From the NCBI RefSeq assembly GCF_000007185.1, contig NC_003551.1:330001-362000 (forward strand): 32,000 nt of DNA. Direction: 5' to 3'. The number at the start of each line of letters is the position of its first letter. The first letter of the stretch is position 1. Shown one piece after another: positions 1-7,940 of the stretch. Below the pieces are notes generated by a model. It was not told the origin of the DNA and did not search any database. It worked only from the letters and a program-made list of their open reading frames with translations. A program made the position numbers and the translations under genes. The stretch is from Methanopyrus kandleri AV19 (lineage in GTDB: Archaea > JAADCQ01 > Methanopyri > Methanopyrales > Methanopyraceae).

Positions 1-837
1 CTCGGCATCCGGGTCGTAGAACAGGTTCTCCTTACCTTCGGGATCCCACAGCGACTGGTGCACGTGCATTCCGTTGCCGTTCTCGCCGTAGATCGGCTTC
101 GGCATGAACGTCGCGATCAGACCGTGCTTCCTGGCGATGGCCTTCACGATCTGCTTGAACGAGATGACGTTGTCGGCCGTGGTCACGGCGTCCGCGAACT
201 TGAAGTCGATCTCGTGCTGACCCGGACCGACCTCGTGATGGCTCATCTCGACCTCGAGACCGAATTCCTCCATCGCGAAGATGATCTCACGCCGGATGTC
301 CTCGGCGCGGTCCAGCGGGTAGAAGTCAAAGTAGCCACCCTCGTCGTGGGCCTCCACTTCACCCGTCTCCGGGTCCTGCTTGAGCAGGTAGAACTCACAC
401 TCGGGACCGCAGTACATCATGTAGCCCTTCTCGGCGAGCTCGTTCATCACGCGCTTCAGGTTGAGTCTCGGGCAGCCCTCGAACGGCTTGCCCTCCGGCC
501 AGTAAACGTCGCAAATTATCCTCGCGACCTTACCCTCCCTCGGCCTCCACGGCAGCACGGCGAAGGTGTCCGGGTCGGGCATCGCGATCATGTCCGACTC
601 CTCGATGTCGACGAAGCCATCGATGGACGAACCGTCGAAGAGGACACCCTCGACCAGCGCGTCCTCGAGGCGCTCCGCGGGGATCGCGAAGTTCTTAACG
701 AACCCGTGGATGTCGACGAACTGAAGCCTGACGAACTTGACGTCCTTACTCTCAACCTGTTCCATCACTTTCTCGACCTTCTCCTCGTTCTCCTTCTGAC
801 GCTTCTTGAAATCGACCGTGTATACCTCGTCGGCCAA
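1..837 (-). CDS. glnA: Glutamine synthetase type I (N-terminal portion; C-terminus lies beyond the window start)
   Basis: The reverse-strand translation reads ...DVKFVRLQFVDIHG...MYCGPECEFYLL...SHHEVGPGQHEIDF...FMPKPIYGENGNGMHVHQSLWDPEGKENLFYD. These are GS-I signatures. The gene is absent from the ORF track because it runs off the window. The start is ambiguous: TTG 837 (GGGGGTG lies 5 nt upstream), GTG 846 and ATG 765 are all in frame. Confidence 0.95.
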   Translation of the reverse strand, partial: MADEVYTVDFKKRQKENEEKVEKVMEQVESKDVKFVRLQFVDIHGFVKNFAIPAERLEDALVEGVLFDGSSIDGFVDIEESDMIAMPDPDTFAVLPWRPREGKVARIICDVYWPEGKPFEGCPRLNLKRVMNELAEKGYMMYCGPECEFYLLKQDPETGEVEAHDEGGYFDFYPLDRAEDIRREIIFAMEEFGLEVEMSHHEVGPGQHEIDFKFADAVTTADNVISFKQIVKAIARKHGLIATFMPKPIYGENGNGMHVHQSLWDPEGKENLFYDPDAE

Positions 838-848
838 AGGCGACACCC

Positions 849-866
849 CCGGAATGGATTTTCCGG
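849..866. promoter_or_regulatory. Perfect palindrome CCGGAA-TGGATT-TTCCGG (GGAA-N6-TTCC, NrpR-operator type) just upstream of glnA
   Basis: The sequence ccggaatggattttccgg was read directly at 849-866. Its position between a TATA-like element (901-908) and the glnA start matches the nitrogen operators described for Methanococcus glnA and nif. Confidence 0.5.
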
Positions 867-900
867 CAATCCTGAGCTGGTGGCGGCCCCGCCCAGGGAC

Positions 901-908
901 TTTATAGA
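901..908. promoter_or_regulatory. TATA-box-like element TTTATAGA (TCTATAAA on the other strand), possibly bidirectional
   Basis: This is the only AT-rich hexamer in the 109-bp (TTG 837) to 180-bp (ATG 765) divergent gap. It lies about 40 nt upstream of ATG 946, which is preceded by GGGGGGTGA. It also lies about 35-45 nt upstream of the GGAA-N6-TTCC palindrome on the glnA side. Confidence 0.45.
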
Positions 909-945
909 CGTTTTGCAACCTCCGAGGCATTCGAGGGGGGTGAAC

Positions 946-2115
946 ATGTTCCCTAGAACCCTGATACCCTTAATCTCCGCCATTCTACTCGCTACGCCCG
1001 CCTGTGCTACCGATGTCGGGGTATTCGCGTGGGGAAGCACGATAAGGTCCGAAGGCGTCCAAAAGTTCACGGACGATATCCTCAGCACGGGCTACACCGA
1101 GGTGGCCGTATTAATCCGGGGGGTCAGCACCCCGACGCGCGTCGACACGCTCTCGGCAGTGTACTCCCAGATCAAAGCGAGGAACCCGAACGTCAAGGTA
1201 TACGCCTGGATCGTGGGGTTCGAACGTAAGGACGGCTGGGACAAGCCATGGGATCCGGAGGTACGTAGGGAAATCCTTGACGCCGTGCGGTCGGCGTTAC
1301 CGTACTGCGACGGGATAATACTGGACGATTCCTTCCGGTACCCGACGAGCAACCCCGTCAAGCGCGAGAAAGCCATGCAGGCCATCACCGACCTCGTACG
1401 TGAGATCTCAGAACTCGCGCACTCCCACGGTAAGGCGGTGTACTTCTGCCTACTACCGGAGAAGCCGGAGCCGTACTCCATCGACCGAGACGCGATCGCG
1501 ACCTACGTGGACAAGTTCATCGTCGAGGCTTACACCGAGGAGTACGGAAGGGACGACGAGTGGCCCGTCAGGGTGTACAACCTGTACGAACGGCTCTATC
1601 CGGGTAAGGTGGCGATAGCGCTCCACGAGCTGAACGAGAGTCGTCTGGCGCATCAGCTAACGCTGCTGAAGGAGGCCGGCTGTCCGGACATATGGCTCTT
1701 CAGGTACGGAGAGGTCAAGAAGATGGGGCTCGTACGTGACGTCATAAGGTCCATCACGGGGTCCGCGAGCGGTACGTCCTTACAGTGGAGTCCGGTGGAA
1801 GGCGGACAGTTCGACCTAGCGGGCCTGCTGCTGACTGGACTGGTGCTCGGGACGTTCGGAGGACTAGTACTGGCCATCGTCAATCCGGAGCTGTTGAACT
1901 CGCTGGGACAAGCGGCGATCGGAATCGCAGAGACCGCCCAAGAATTGCTCCAGGGGGCGTTCGAAGCCGTCTCGGGAGCACTTTCGGGGATACAGGAAAA
2001 AGTATTAGGAGCGTCGGCGGAGGGGGACCTGGGTCCCATCATCGGAATACTCGCGCGAGTGGCGCTGGTGTTCGTATGGGGATGGTTACTGGCGACACTG
2101 CTCAGCATCATCTGA
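946..2115 (+). CDS. Hypothetical secreted, membrane-anchored protein (possible TIM-barrel glycosidase-like fold)
   Basis: This is the in-frame ATG 946 inside track ORF 58..2115; the upstream part of that ORF is antisense to glnA. The N-terminus MFPRTLIPLISAILLATPACA looks like a signal peptide. The C-terminus has hydrophobic, Gly-rich segments (LLLTGLVLGTFGGLVLAIV, ARVALVFVWGWLLATLLSII). A Shine-Dalgarno-like GGGGGGTGA lies upstream. Confidence 0.75.
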   Translation: MFPRTLIPLISAILLATPACATDVGVFAWGSTIRSEGVQKFTDDILSTGYTEVAVLIRGVSTPTRVDTLSAVYSQIKARNPNVKVYAWIVGFERKDGWDKPWDPEVRREILDAVRSALPYCDGIILDDSFRYPTSNPVKREKAMQAITDLVREISELAHSHGKAVYFCLLPEKPEPYSIDRDAIATYVDKFIVEAYTEEYGRDDEWPVRVYNLYERLYPGKVAIALHELNESRLAHQLTLLKEAGCPDIWLFRYGEVKKMGLVRDVIRSITGSASGTSLQWSPVEGGQFDLAGLLLTGLVLGTFGGLVLAIVNPELLNSLGQAAIGIAETAQELLQGAFEAVSGALSGIQEKVLGASAEGDLGPIIGILARVALVFVWGWLLATLLSII

Positions 2116-2122
2116 AACGTGC

Positions 2123-3190
2123 TTAACAGACGATATGCGTGCGCCAAACCGCGAGACATGAGCACTTGAGACCCTCAAGCCTGCCGATATCCTGCGTACG
2201 AGTGAACTCCCGGAGGGCCCGGGCGACACGCCGGGAACATCTCGGACAGTTGGACGGACCTCGAGGAGTTCCGGCCCCGCTCGTATCCACCAGCAGATCG
2301 ACCCTATCACCTAAGGTCCCTTTCACCTTCCTAGCGACCTCCACGCAGGTCCACAACCAGGGCGGTCTGTAAAGCCCGACACGCCAAGCTTTCTCCAGCA
2401 CGGTCTCCCTATGGACCGTGGTGGGGCATATCGAAATCCTAGTGCAGCCGGCTAGGTGGGCATCGACGCAGGACATATACGCGTCCCTGATGGCCTCCGC
2501 CTCGGAGAGGAAGGGGAGCTTCAGCATCACGTACGCCTTGGGGATCCCTCCGTACTCCCTTACCTTCTTCACGGCCTTGGCGAATTCACGGAAGGAAAAG
2601 CCCTTGTTCATGGACGCGCGCAGCTCGTCGTCACTGGTTTCCAACCCGATTCCCACCTCGAAGGACTTCCCGTCCAAGACCTCCGTGATCAACTCCAACC
2701 GCTCGTCCGTGATGAACTCGGGGCGAGATTCGAAAGATACCTCCGTCACCAGCTCGTTCTCGGCGAGCCGACCTAGTATCTCCCGAACGGCTTCGTCGGG
2801 CACTTCCTCAGGGTCTAAGAAGCTACCCGACGTGAACAGTTTGACTCCATGCGGTGAGTCCGGCCGGTGTCGGGAATAAGCTCGCTCGAACTGGCGTATC
2901 AGGAGCTCCGGCGGCACCCTCGTACCCGCGCCCTCGAGCGGGTAGGAGCAGAACACGCATCCTCCGGTCTCGTGGAACCATCGGCAGCCCCGAGTGGACA
3001 GCACGATCACTACACTACGATCCGCTCCCGTGACTCGGTCGGGTTGCTTCCACGCCGCCACGTACCGGTCGGGCCGTCCTCGGAACCGCACGGTAAACAC
3101 CCGGACCGAGTCAGTGCCGGGCTCAATCTTCATCCACAGGATCCGCGACGCAGGCCTTTCATCACGCCCCCGGTAGCCCGAACGATCCAT
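2123..3190 (-). CDS. Radical SAM protein, TIGR01210/RaSEA-like (archaeosine-pathway type)
   Basis: The Cys cluster GCRWFHETGGCVFCSY is followed by the TSGSFLDPEEVP and GLETSDDELR motifs typical of Elp3/RaSEA-like radical SAM enzymes. The start could instead be the internal MKIEPG at 3133. Confidence 0.8.
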   Translation of the reverse strand: MDRSGYRGRDERPASRILWMKIEPGTDSVRVFTVRFRGRPDRYVAAWKQPDRVTGADRSVVIVLSTRGCRWFHETGGCVFCSYPLEGAGTRVPPELLIRQFERAYSRHRPDSPHGVKLFTSGSFLDPEEVPDEAVREILGRLAENELVTEVSFESRPEFITDERLELITEVLDGKSFEVGIGLETSDDELRASMNKGFSFREFAKAVKKVREYGGIPKAYVMLKLPFLSEAEAIRDAYMSCVDAHLAGCTRISICPTTVHRETVLEKAWRVGLYRPPWLWTCVEVARKVKGTLGDRVDLLVDTSGAGTPRGPSNCPRCSRRVARALREFTRTQDIGRLEGLKCSCLAVWRTHIVC

Positions 3191-3199
3191 CCTAGTTGA

Positions 3200-3739
3200 A
3201 TGTTGTGCGCCGGGAACGGGGGTAAGGAATTGCCACGTGCTAAGGTCTTCGAAGGAGGTAGCTTAGTCTCCAAGGATTACGAGGACCTGAAGCGTCGGTA
3301 CTTCGGAACGGAGCACGGTAACGTGCTTTTCCTGGATCCTTTCGAAACTGTGTACCTGACGGAGAAGGGTGAGATCGACCCGGAGACGCCGGAAGGCGAA
3401 CCCATGAGTGTGGAAGAACTGCTTTCTTTCTTCGAGCGAAGAAGGCCGGGGTTTCGGGCAGGATACGTCGTTTATCGGGATCTCACCGAGCGGGGATACG
3501 TGGTGAAGTCCGGGTTTAAGTACGGAGGTAGGTTCCGGGTGTACGAGGAGGACCCGGACCGGGAACACTCTAAATACGTGGTGAGAGTGGTCGAGCCGGA
3601 CACGGAACTGTCTACCCGTGACGTACTGCGGGCCACACGTTTGGCACATTCCGTCCGGAAAGACTTCGTCCTAGCCGTCGTTGAGGACGTCGAAGAACCA
3701 CGCATCGAGTACGTGATGTGGCGGTGGAAGAGGCTGTAA
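3200..3739 (+). CDS. endA: tRNA-splicing endonuclease (179 aa, homotetramer-type size)
   Basis: YVVYRDLTERGYVVKSGFKYGGRFRVYEEDP...HSKYVVRVV...RLAHSVRKDFVLAVV matches the EndA catalytic core (Y..H..K). Confidence 0.9.
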   Translation: MLCAGNGGKELPRAKVFEGGSLVSKDYEDLKRRYFGTEHGNVLFLDPFETVYLTEKGEIDPETPEGEPMSVEELLSFFERRRPGFRAGYVVYRDLTERGYVVKSGFKYGGRFRVYEEDPDREHSKYVVRVVEPDTELSTRDVLRATRLAHSVRKDFVLAVVEDVEEPRIEYVMWRWKRL

Positions 3740-3752
3740 GGGGGACACTCCC

Positions 3753-3998
3753 ATGGCCGAGCAGAAGCCGTACTACGGAGCCTGGCCGTGTCACCCACGA
3801 GATCTAGTCGAGGAGGGAGTGACCACCAGCGCCCGGCGGGCGAGAATAGTCCTCAGGAAGTACGTCCTGGGACAGAGTGAGGAGGAAATAGCCGAGGAAG
3901 AGGACATCTCACTGAAGTCCGTGAAGTACCACCTAGAGAAGGCCGAGGAGGAAGGCCTCATCGATTACGTGAAGGAGAAGTTCGTGGAGAGCGAGTGA
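3753..3998 (+). CDS. Small HTH protein (sigma-70 region 4 / LuxR / Tfx-like helix-turn-helix)
   Basis: The 81-aa protein contains RARIVLRKYVLGQSEEEIAEEEDISLKSVKYHLEKA, which resembles a LuxR/Tfx N-terminal HTH. It starts 14 nt after the endA stop. Confidence 0.6.
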   Translation: MAEQKPYYGAWPCHPRDLVEEGVTTSARRARIVLRKYVLGQSEEEIAEEEDISLKSVKYHLEKAEEEGLIDYVKEKFVESE

Positions 3999-4014
3999 GC
4001 GGGTGTGAACTCCT

Positions 4015-5151
4015 ATACCCGAAACCCTGATCGATCCCTGGGACGTAGAAGAAGTCGATTACGAACGCCTTACCGAGGAGTTCGGCATTCGACCGATCGA
4101 CGAGAAAGTCCGAGAGTTACTACCACGGCGTTTCCCACTGCTAGACCGTGGCATAGTCTTCGGGCACCGCGATTACGACTCCTTCCTCAAAGATTACAAC
4201 GACGGCAAACTCGTCAGCGTCCTCAGCGGAATGATGCCCAGCGGCCGAATGCACCTCGGCCACAAGACGGTCGTCGATCAACTAGTGTTTTACCAGCAGG
4301 AGATGGACGTCAAGGTGTACGTTCCCATCGCCGACCTGGAGGCACACCATGCCCGGAACATGGACCTAGATCGGGCACACAGGATCGCCGTCGAAGAGTA
4401 CGTCCTCAACTACGCCGCGTTGGGTCTCGACCTGGACCCGGATCGATGTGAGATCTACCTCCAATCCGAGAGGAAGACGGTCCAGCGGATGGCACTGTTG
4501 CTAGCGGGCCGACTCACGTGGAACACCGTGAAAAACACGTACGGGTTCACCGGCGAGACCAACATGGGCCACGCTTTCGCGCCGATCGTCCAAGCCGCCG
4601 ATATACTACACCCACAGGAGATCGAGGGACCACACCGGGTTCTCGTACCCGTAGGCGTCGATCAGGACCCTCACCTCCGGTTGACTCGGGATATAGCGGA
4701 AAAGGAGGATCTGATCAAGCCGGCCAGCACGTACCACAGGTTCATGACCGGACTGACGGGAGGCAAAATGTCCAGTAGTAAACCCAACACCGCGATATTC
4801 CTCACCGACGATCCCGAGACGGCGAAAGAAAAGGTGTGGAACGCGAAGACCGGTGGAGGAGCGACGCTCGAGGAACATCGCGAGCACGGTGGCAACCCCG
4901 ACGAGTGCGTGGTGTACGAACTCATGGTGTACCATCTGGCCGACCGTATCGGAGGGGACGAAAAGCTACGGGAGATCCGGAAGAAGTGTCGGGAAGGGGA
5001 CATCATCTGCGGTGAGTGCAAACGGATGGTAGGAGAGGCGCTAGCGGAGATACTGGAAGAACTGGAGCGTCGCCGTGAAGACGTTCGAGACGAGCTCCCG
5101 GACCTACTATCACAGCACCCGGACGCGCCCGAAGTACCGGAGGACTGGTAG
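4015..5151 (+). CDS. trpS: Tryptophanyl-tRNA synthetase (archaeal/eukaryal type); start codon unresolved
   Basis: The HIGH motif (PSGRMHLGH) and KMSKS motif (GKMSSSKP) are present. The upstream in-frame stretch IDPWDVEEVDYERLTEEFGIRPI...FGHRDYDSFL is typical of archaeal TrpRS. The frame is open from 4009, after TGA 4006-4008, but the first ATG/GTG/TTG is at 4231. ATA 4015 is used here only as a placeholder. Confidence 0.9.
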   Translation: MPETLIDPWDVEEVDYERLTEEFGIRPIDEKVRELLPRRFPLLDRGIVFGHRDYDSFLKDYNDGKLVSVLSGMMPSGRMHLGHKTVVDQLVFYQQEMDVKVYVPIADLEAHHARNMDLDRAHRIAVEEYVLNYAALGLDLDPDRCEIYLQSERKTVQRMALLLAGRLTWNTVKNTYGFTGETNMGHAFAPIVQAADILHPQEIEGPHRVLVPVGVDQDPHLRLTRDIAEKEDLIKPASTYHRFMTGLTGGKMSSSKPNTAIFLTDDPETAKEKVWNAKTGGGATLEEHREHGGNPDECVVYELMVYHLADRIGGDEKLREIRKKCREGDIICGECKRMVGEALAEILEELERRREDVRDELPDLLSQHPDAPEVPEDW

Positions 5152-5152
5152 G

Positions 5153-6226
5153 ATGATTCCACCGTTCCAAGCTTTAGTAACGTGTCCCGCCGGGTTCGAA
5201 TTCCGTTGTGTCGAAGAGCTCGAGGATATACTCAAAGAGCAGGACCCGTACGCGGAGGCGGAACCTACGTACTTCAAAGGCGTCGTAGTGGTGCGATCGG
5301 ATCTAGAACCGGAAGAGATCGTCGAAATGATGAAAGATGCGGACACGGATTGGGTAGCTAAGATCGTCCCCATCCACCGAACCGTACGCGCCGACCTGGA
5401 CGTGATGAAACGCACGGCCACGATCCTAGCGCGACGGAAGCTGGACGAAAACACGTCGTTCGCAGTACGATGCCGAAAGCGGGGCCAACCACCGTTCGGA
5501 CAGCGAGAGGTCGAGGTGGAGGTAGGTGCGGCGGTACAGGAGGCGACCGGCGCCCCCGTGGACTTGGAGAATCCCGACTACTACGTCTGGATCGAGGTAC
5601 TACAGGATACCGCCGGGATCTCAGTGGTCCCTCCGGATCTCATCGTCAGCAAAGAAGTCAAGCGAGTACGCAAATGGAGTCCCGGGATGAGACCTATCTC
5701 CAGAGCTCAGCTCAAACTCAGGGAGCTACTGAAGCGCCATCCGTACATCGTACGGGAAGGTTCCGACGTGATCGACCTCGGGGCCGCACCGGGTGGTTGG
5801 AGCTACGAACTGGCGAGAAGAGTAGAGCCAGGGACAGTATACGCCGTAGATCCGGGGGACTTACACCCGAAGGTTCTCAAGCTCGACAACGTCGTACACC
5901 TCAAGAAAAGGGCCGAAGAGCTAACCGAGGACGACATCGAGGGTCGTATCAGGTTGGTCACGAGCGATCTCAACAGGATCCACACCGAAGCCACGGAGGT
6001 CACTCTCAGCGTCGCGGACGAATTCCTCGAGCCTGGGGGATTCATAGTACAGACGGTGAAGCTGGCCGTTGACCCGTCTACCGGGGAATACGCCGCGCCG
6101 GACGTGGAGACGGCGGTCTCAGAAGTCGAACTCGAATATGAGCGCCGCGGGTACGAGATACTGGCTATCGAGCGCTTGAAACGGAATACACCCAACGAGC
6201 GGACTCTAGTAGCTCGGAAGGTGTGA
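5153..6226 (+). CDS. THUMP domain fused to an FtsJ/RrmJ-type RNA 2'-O-ribose methyltransferase (RlmM-like architecture)
   Basis: The start is ATG 5153, 1 nt after the trpS stop; the track ORF start at 5075 overlaps trpS. The N-terminal half has a THUMP-like pattern (FAVRCRKRG...VDLENPDYYVWIEV). The C-terminal half has SRAQLKLREL, DLGAAPGGWSY, TSDLN and VKL (FtsJ motif I and K-D-K-E elements). Confidence 0.85.
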   Translation: MIPPFQALVTCPAGFEFRCVEELEDILKEQDPYAEAEPTYFKGVVVVRSDLEPEEIVEMMKDADTDWVAKIVPIHRTVRADLDVMKRTATILARRKLDENTSFAVRCRKRGQPPFGQREVEVEVGAAVQEATGAPVDLENPDYYVWIEVLQDTAGISVVPPDLIVSKEVKRVRKWSPGMRPISRAQLKLRELLKRHPYIVREGSDVIDLGAAPGGWSYELARRVEPGTVYAVDPGDLHPKVLKLDNVVHLKKRAEELTEDDIEGRIRLVTSDLNRIHTEATEVTLSVADEFLEPGGFIVQTVKLAVDPSTGEYAAPDVETAVSEVELEYERRGYEILAIERLKRNTPNERTLVARKV

Positions 6227-6445
6227 TCAGCGTTCCGGCCGCTGTTTCGAAGGATCTCACGGCGTGACAGCTCCGTAGCGACAGCCTCGAGAAGTTGGGC
6301 CCGCGAGGCCTGACTCCCGCTCGACCCGAGCGTCATCGTCCTGTACTCTCCTATCTGCCCTTAATTCCTAGTTATCCGGTCGGCGTCGTGAGTCGGGGAC
6401 TGATCGGATTCGACTCCGCTTGAAGTCGCCGGTGACACGGGGGTC

Positions 6446-6976
6446 ATGCGCCTGCTGAAAGCCGGTGACAGGATCCAAGGGCCTGGATGGGAGGGAAAGG
6501 TCACGGCAGTGTTGGACGTGGACGGATGTCGGGTAGTGATCACGAGCTCGAACCCCGAGAACGTGCCGAAGCGCGTCCGAGGTGGCGGAACCGTCTGTGA
6601 GCTCGCGTTCCATGACCCCGTCGGTGGGTTCGCGGCATACTGGGTGGAACCGGATCACTCGGAGGCAACCGATGTAGGATCACCGGAAGAGGGAACGTGT
6701 GCCGTTCATATCGGGAACAGGTGGATACTAGCCGAGGTGTTGGAGGTAGGTCGACGAGAATTGAGCATCAGAATCCCGAACGTGGCGATCCCCGGACCTG
6801 GCGACGCAGGCGCCCCGGTAGCGCAAAACGAGCGGGTAGTGGGCATGCTCTACATGTACTTCCTGGAGGACGATTGCGTGGGTCGCGCTGTCCGGATGGA
6901 CGTGATCGAAGAGCGAACCGAGCGAGCTCTGAAGCGCCTGAGGGGGCGTCAACGTGCCCGTAGTATTCGACCTTGA
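6446..6976 (+). CDS. Hypothetical protein
   Basis: This 176-aa ORF has GGTGA 9 nt upstream of its ATG, and its end overlaps the next gene. I recognise no family, and the composition is only moderately protein-like. Confidence 0.45.
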   Translation: MRLLKAGDRIQGPGWEGKVTAVLDVDGCRVVITSSNPENVPKRVRGGGTVCELAFHDPVGGFAAYWVEPDHSEATDVGSPEEGTCAVHIGNRWILAEVLEVGRRELSIRIPNVAIPGPGDAGAPVAQNERVVGMLYMYFLEDDCVGRAVRMDVIEERTERALKRLRGRQRARSIRP

Positions 6977-7934
6977 AGGCCCGCTGTCCCCGATGGACCA
7001 CGCTTACGAGGTCATGGCGCGCTGCGTTCCCAACGGTCGGGAGATCTTCGAGGTCATCAGTTTCTACGACGATGTGGTGTACTTCGAGGAGCAGCGGGAG
7101 GGATACGAGCCGGGGACCACGTTGGCACTCATCGTCCCGTTCCTAGTGGTTCACGGCGTCACTGAAGACGACCTTCGAAGGGTTTCGGAAGATGCTACAC
7201 TCACCCCCGGTGCTCGGGAGACGATGAGGGAACTCGATGCGACCCCGTTCGTAGCTTCCACGAGTTACGAGCAGCATGCCATGCGTATCGCCGGCCTCGT
7301 CGGCATCCCACGCGGACACGTGTACTGCACGGAGATGCCGCTAGATGACGCTCCGGAACCCTCAGAAGAGGAGCGGCGGCTCGTGCTCGAAATGGAGCGG
7401 GAAATACTGAGGAAGTTCTACCCGCCGAGCGATGCCGACAAAGAGGAGCTCGTCGAGAGTGTCGACGACTTCTTCGGGAGGCTCTCCGAGACCGAGCTCG
7501 GGGAGTTCTGCTCTAAAATAGAGGTAGTAGGCGGATCTCGGAAGGCGAGGGTCGTAGAAGAGGTCGTGGACTTAGAGGATGCCGATGTTTCCGAGATCGC
7601 GTGCGTGGGTGACAGCATAACGGACGTGGACATGTTGAAGTTCGTGAGGAAACGGGGCGGACTGGCGGTAGCTTTCAACGGGAACGAGTACTGCATACCC
7701 GAAGCGGACGTTGCCGTCGCGGCACCGTCGCTGTCCGCCGTATTGCCCATCCTCGAGACGTTCTTCGAGGAAGGGAAGGACGAAGCCATGGAACTTGCGG
7801 AGGAGTTCGAACCGGAAGGGGAAGCGCGAGTACTGAACGTGAACCGGGCACGACAGCGCGAGCTTGAAGAGTTCATTAGGTACTCCGAGGCGATGAGAGA
7901 ACGCGTACGCGGCGAAGCCGGCAAGCTCGGGTGA
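6954..7934 (+). CDS. HAD-superfamily-like protein resembling proteins annotated EhaR
   Basis: The N-terminus VFDLEGPLSPMDHAYEVMARCVPNGREIFEVISFYDDV is a HAD motif I variant (DxE). The late motif VGDSITDVDML is HAD motif IV-like. The start is GTG. Confidence 0.7.
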   Translation: MPVVFDLEGPLSPMDHAYEVMARCVPNGREIFEVISFYDDVVYFEEQREGYEPGTTLALIVPFLVVHGVTEDDLRRVSEDATLTPGARETMRELDATPFVASTSYEQHAMRIAGLVGIPRGHVYCTEMPLDDAPEPSEEERRLVLEMEREILRKFYPPSDADKEELVESVDDFFGRLSETELGEFCSKIEVVGGSRKARVVEEVVDLEDADVSEIACVGDSITDVDMLKFVRKRGGLAVAFNGNEYCIPEADVAVAAPSLSAVLPILETFFEEGKDEAMELAEEFEPEGEARVLNVNRARQRELEEFIRYSEAMRERVRGEAGKLG

Positions 7935-7940
7935 TTCCTT

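Noticed and set aside
58-945. The 5' part of the 685-aa plus-strand track ORF (58..2115)
   Set aside because: This stretch is antisense to an unmistakable glnA reading frame, and its translation is Arg/Leu/Val-rich with no motifs. Only the part from ATG 946, which has a signal peptide, is credible.
4005-4451. 148-aa plus-strand ORF starting at GTG 4005
   Set aside because: Its product is extremely Arg/Pro-rich junk, read out of frame over the conserved TrpRS N-terminus. It is relevant only as a hint that the trpS start region may contain an indel.
6400-6425. tRNA-like T-arm (GGATTCGACTCCG)
   Set aside because: No 5-bp T stem can be formed around the loop. No acceptor, D or anticodon arms are present in the flanks.
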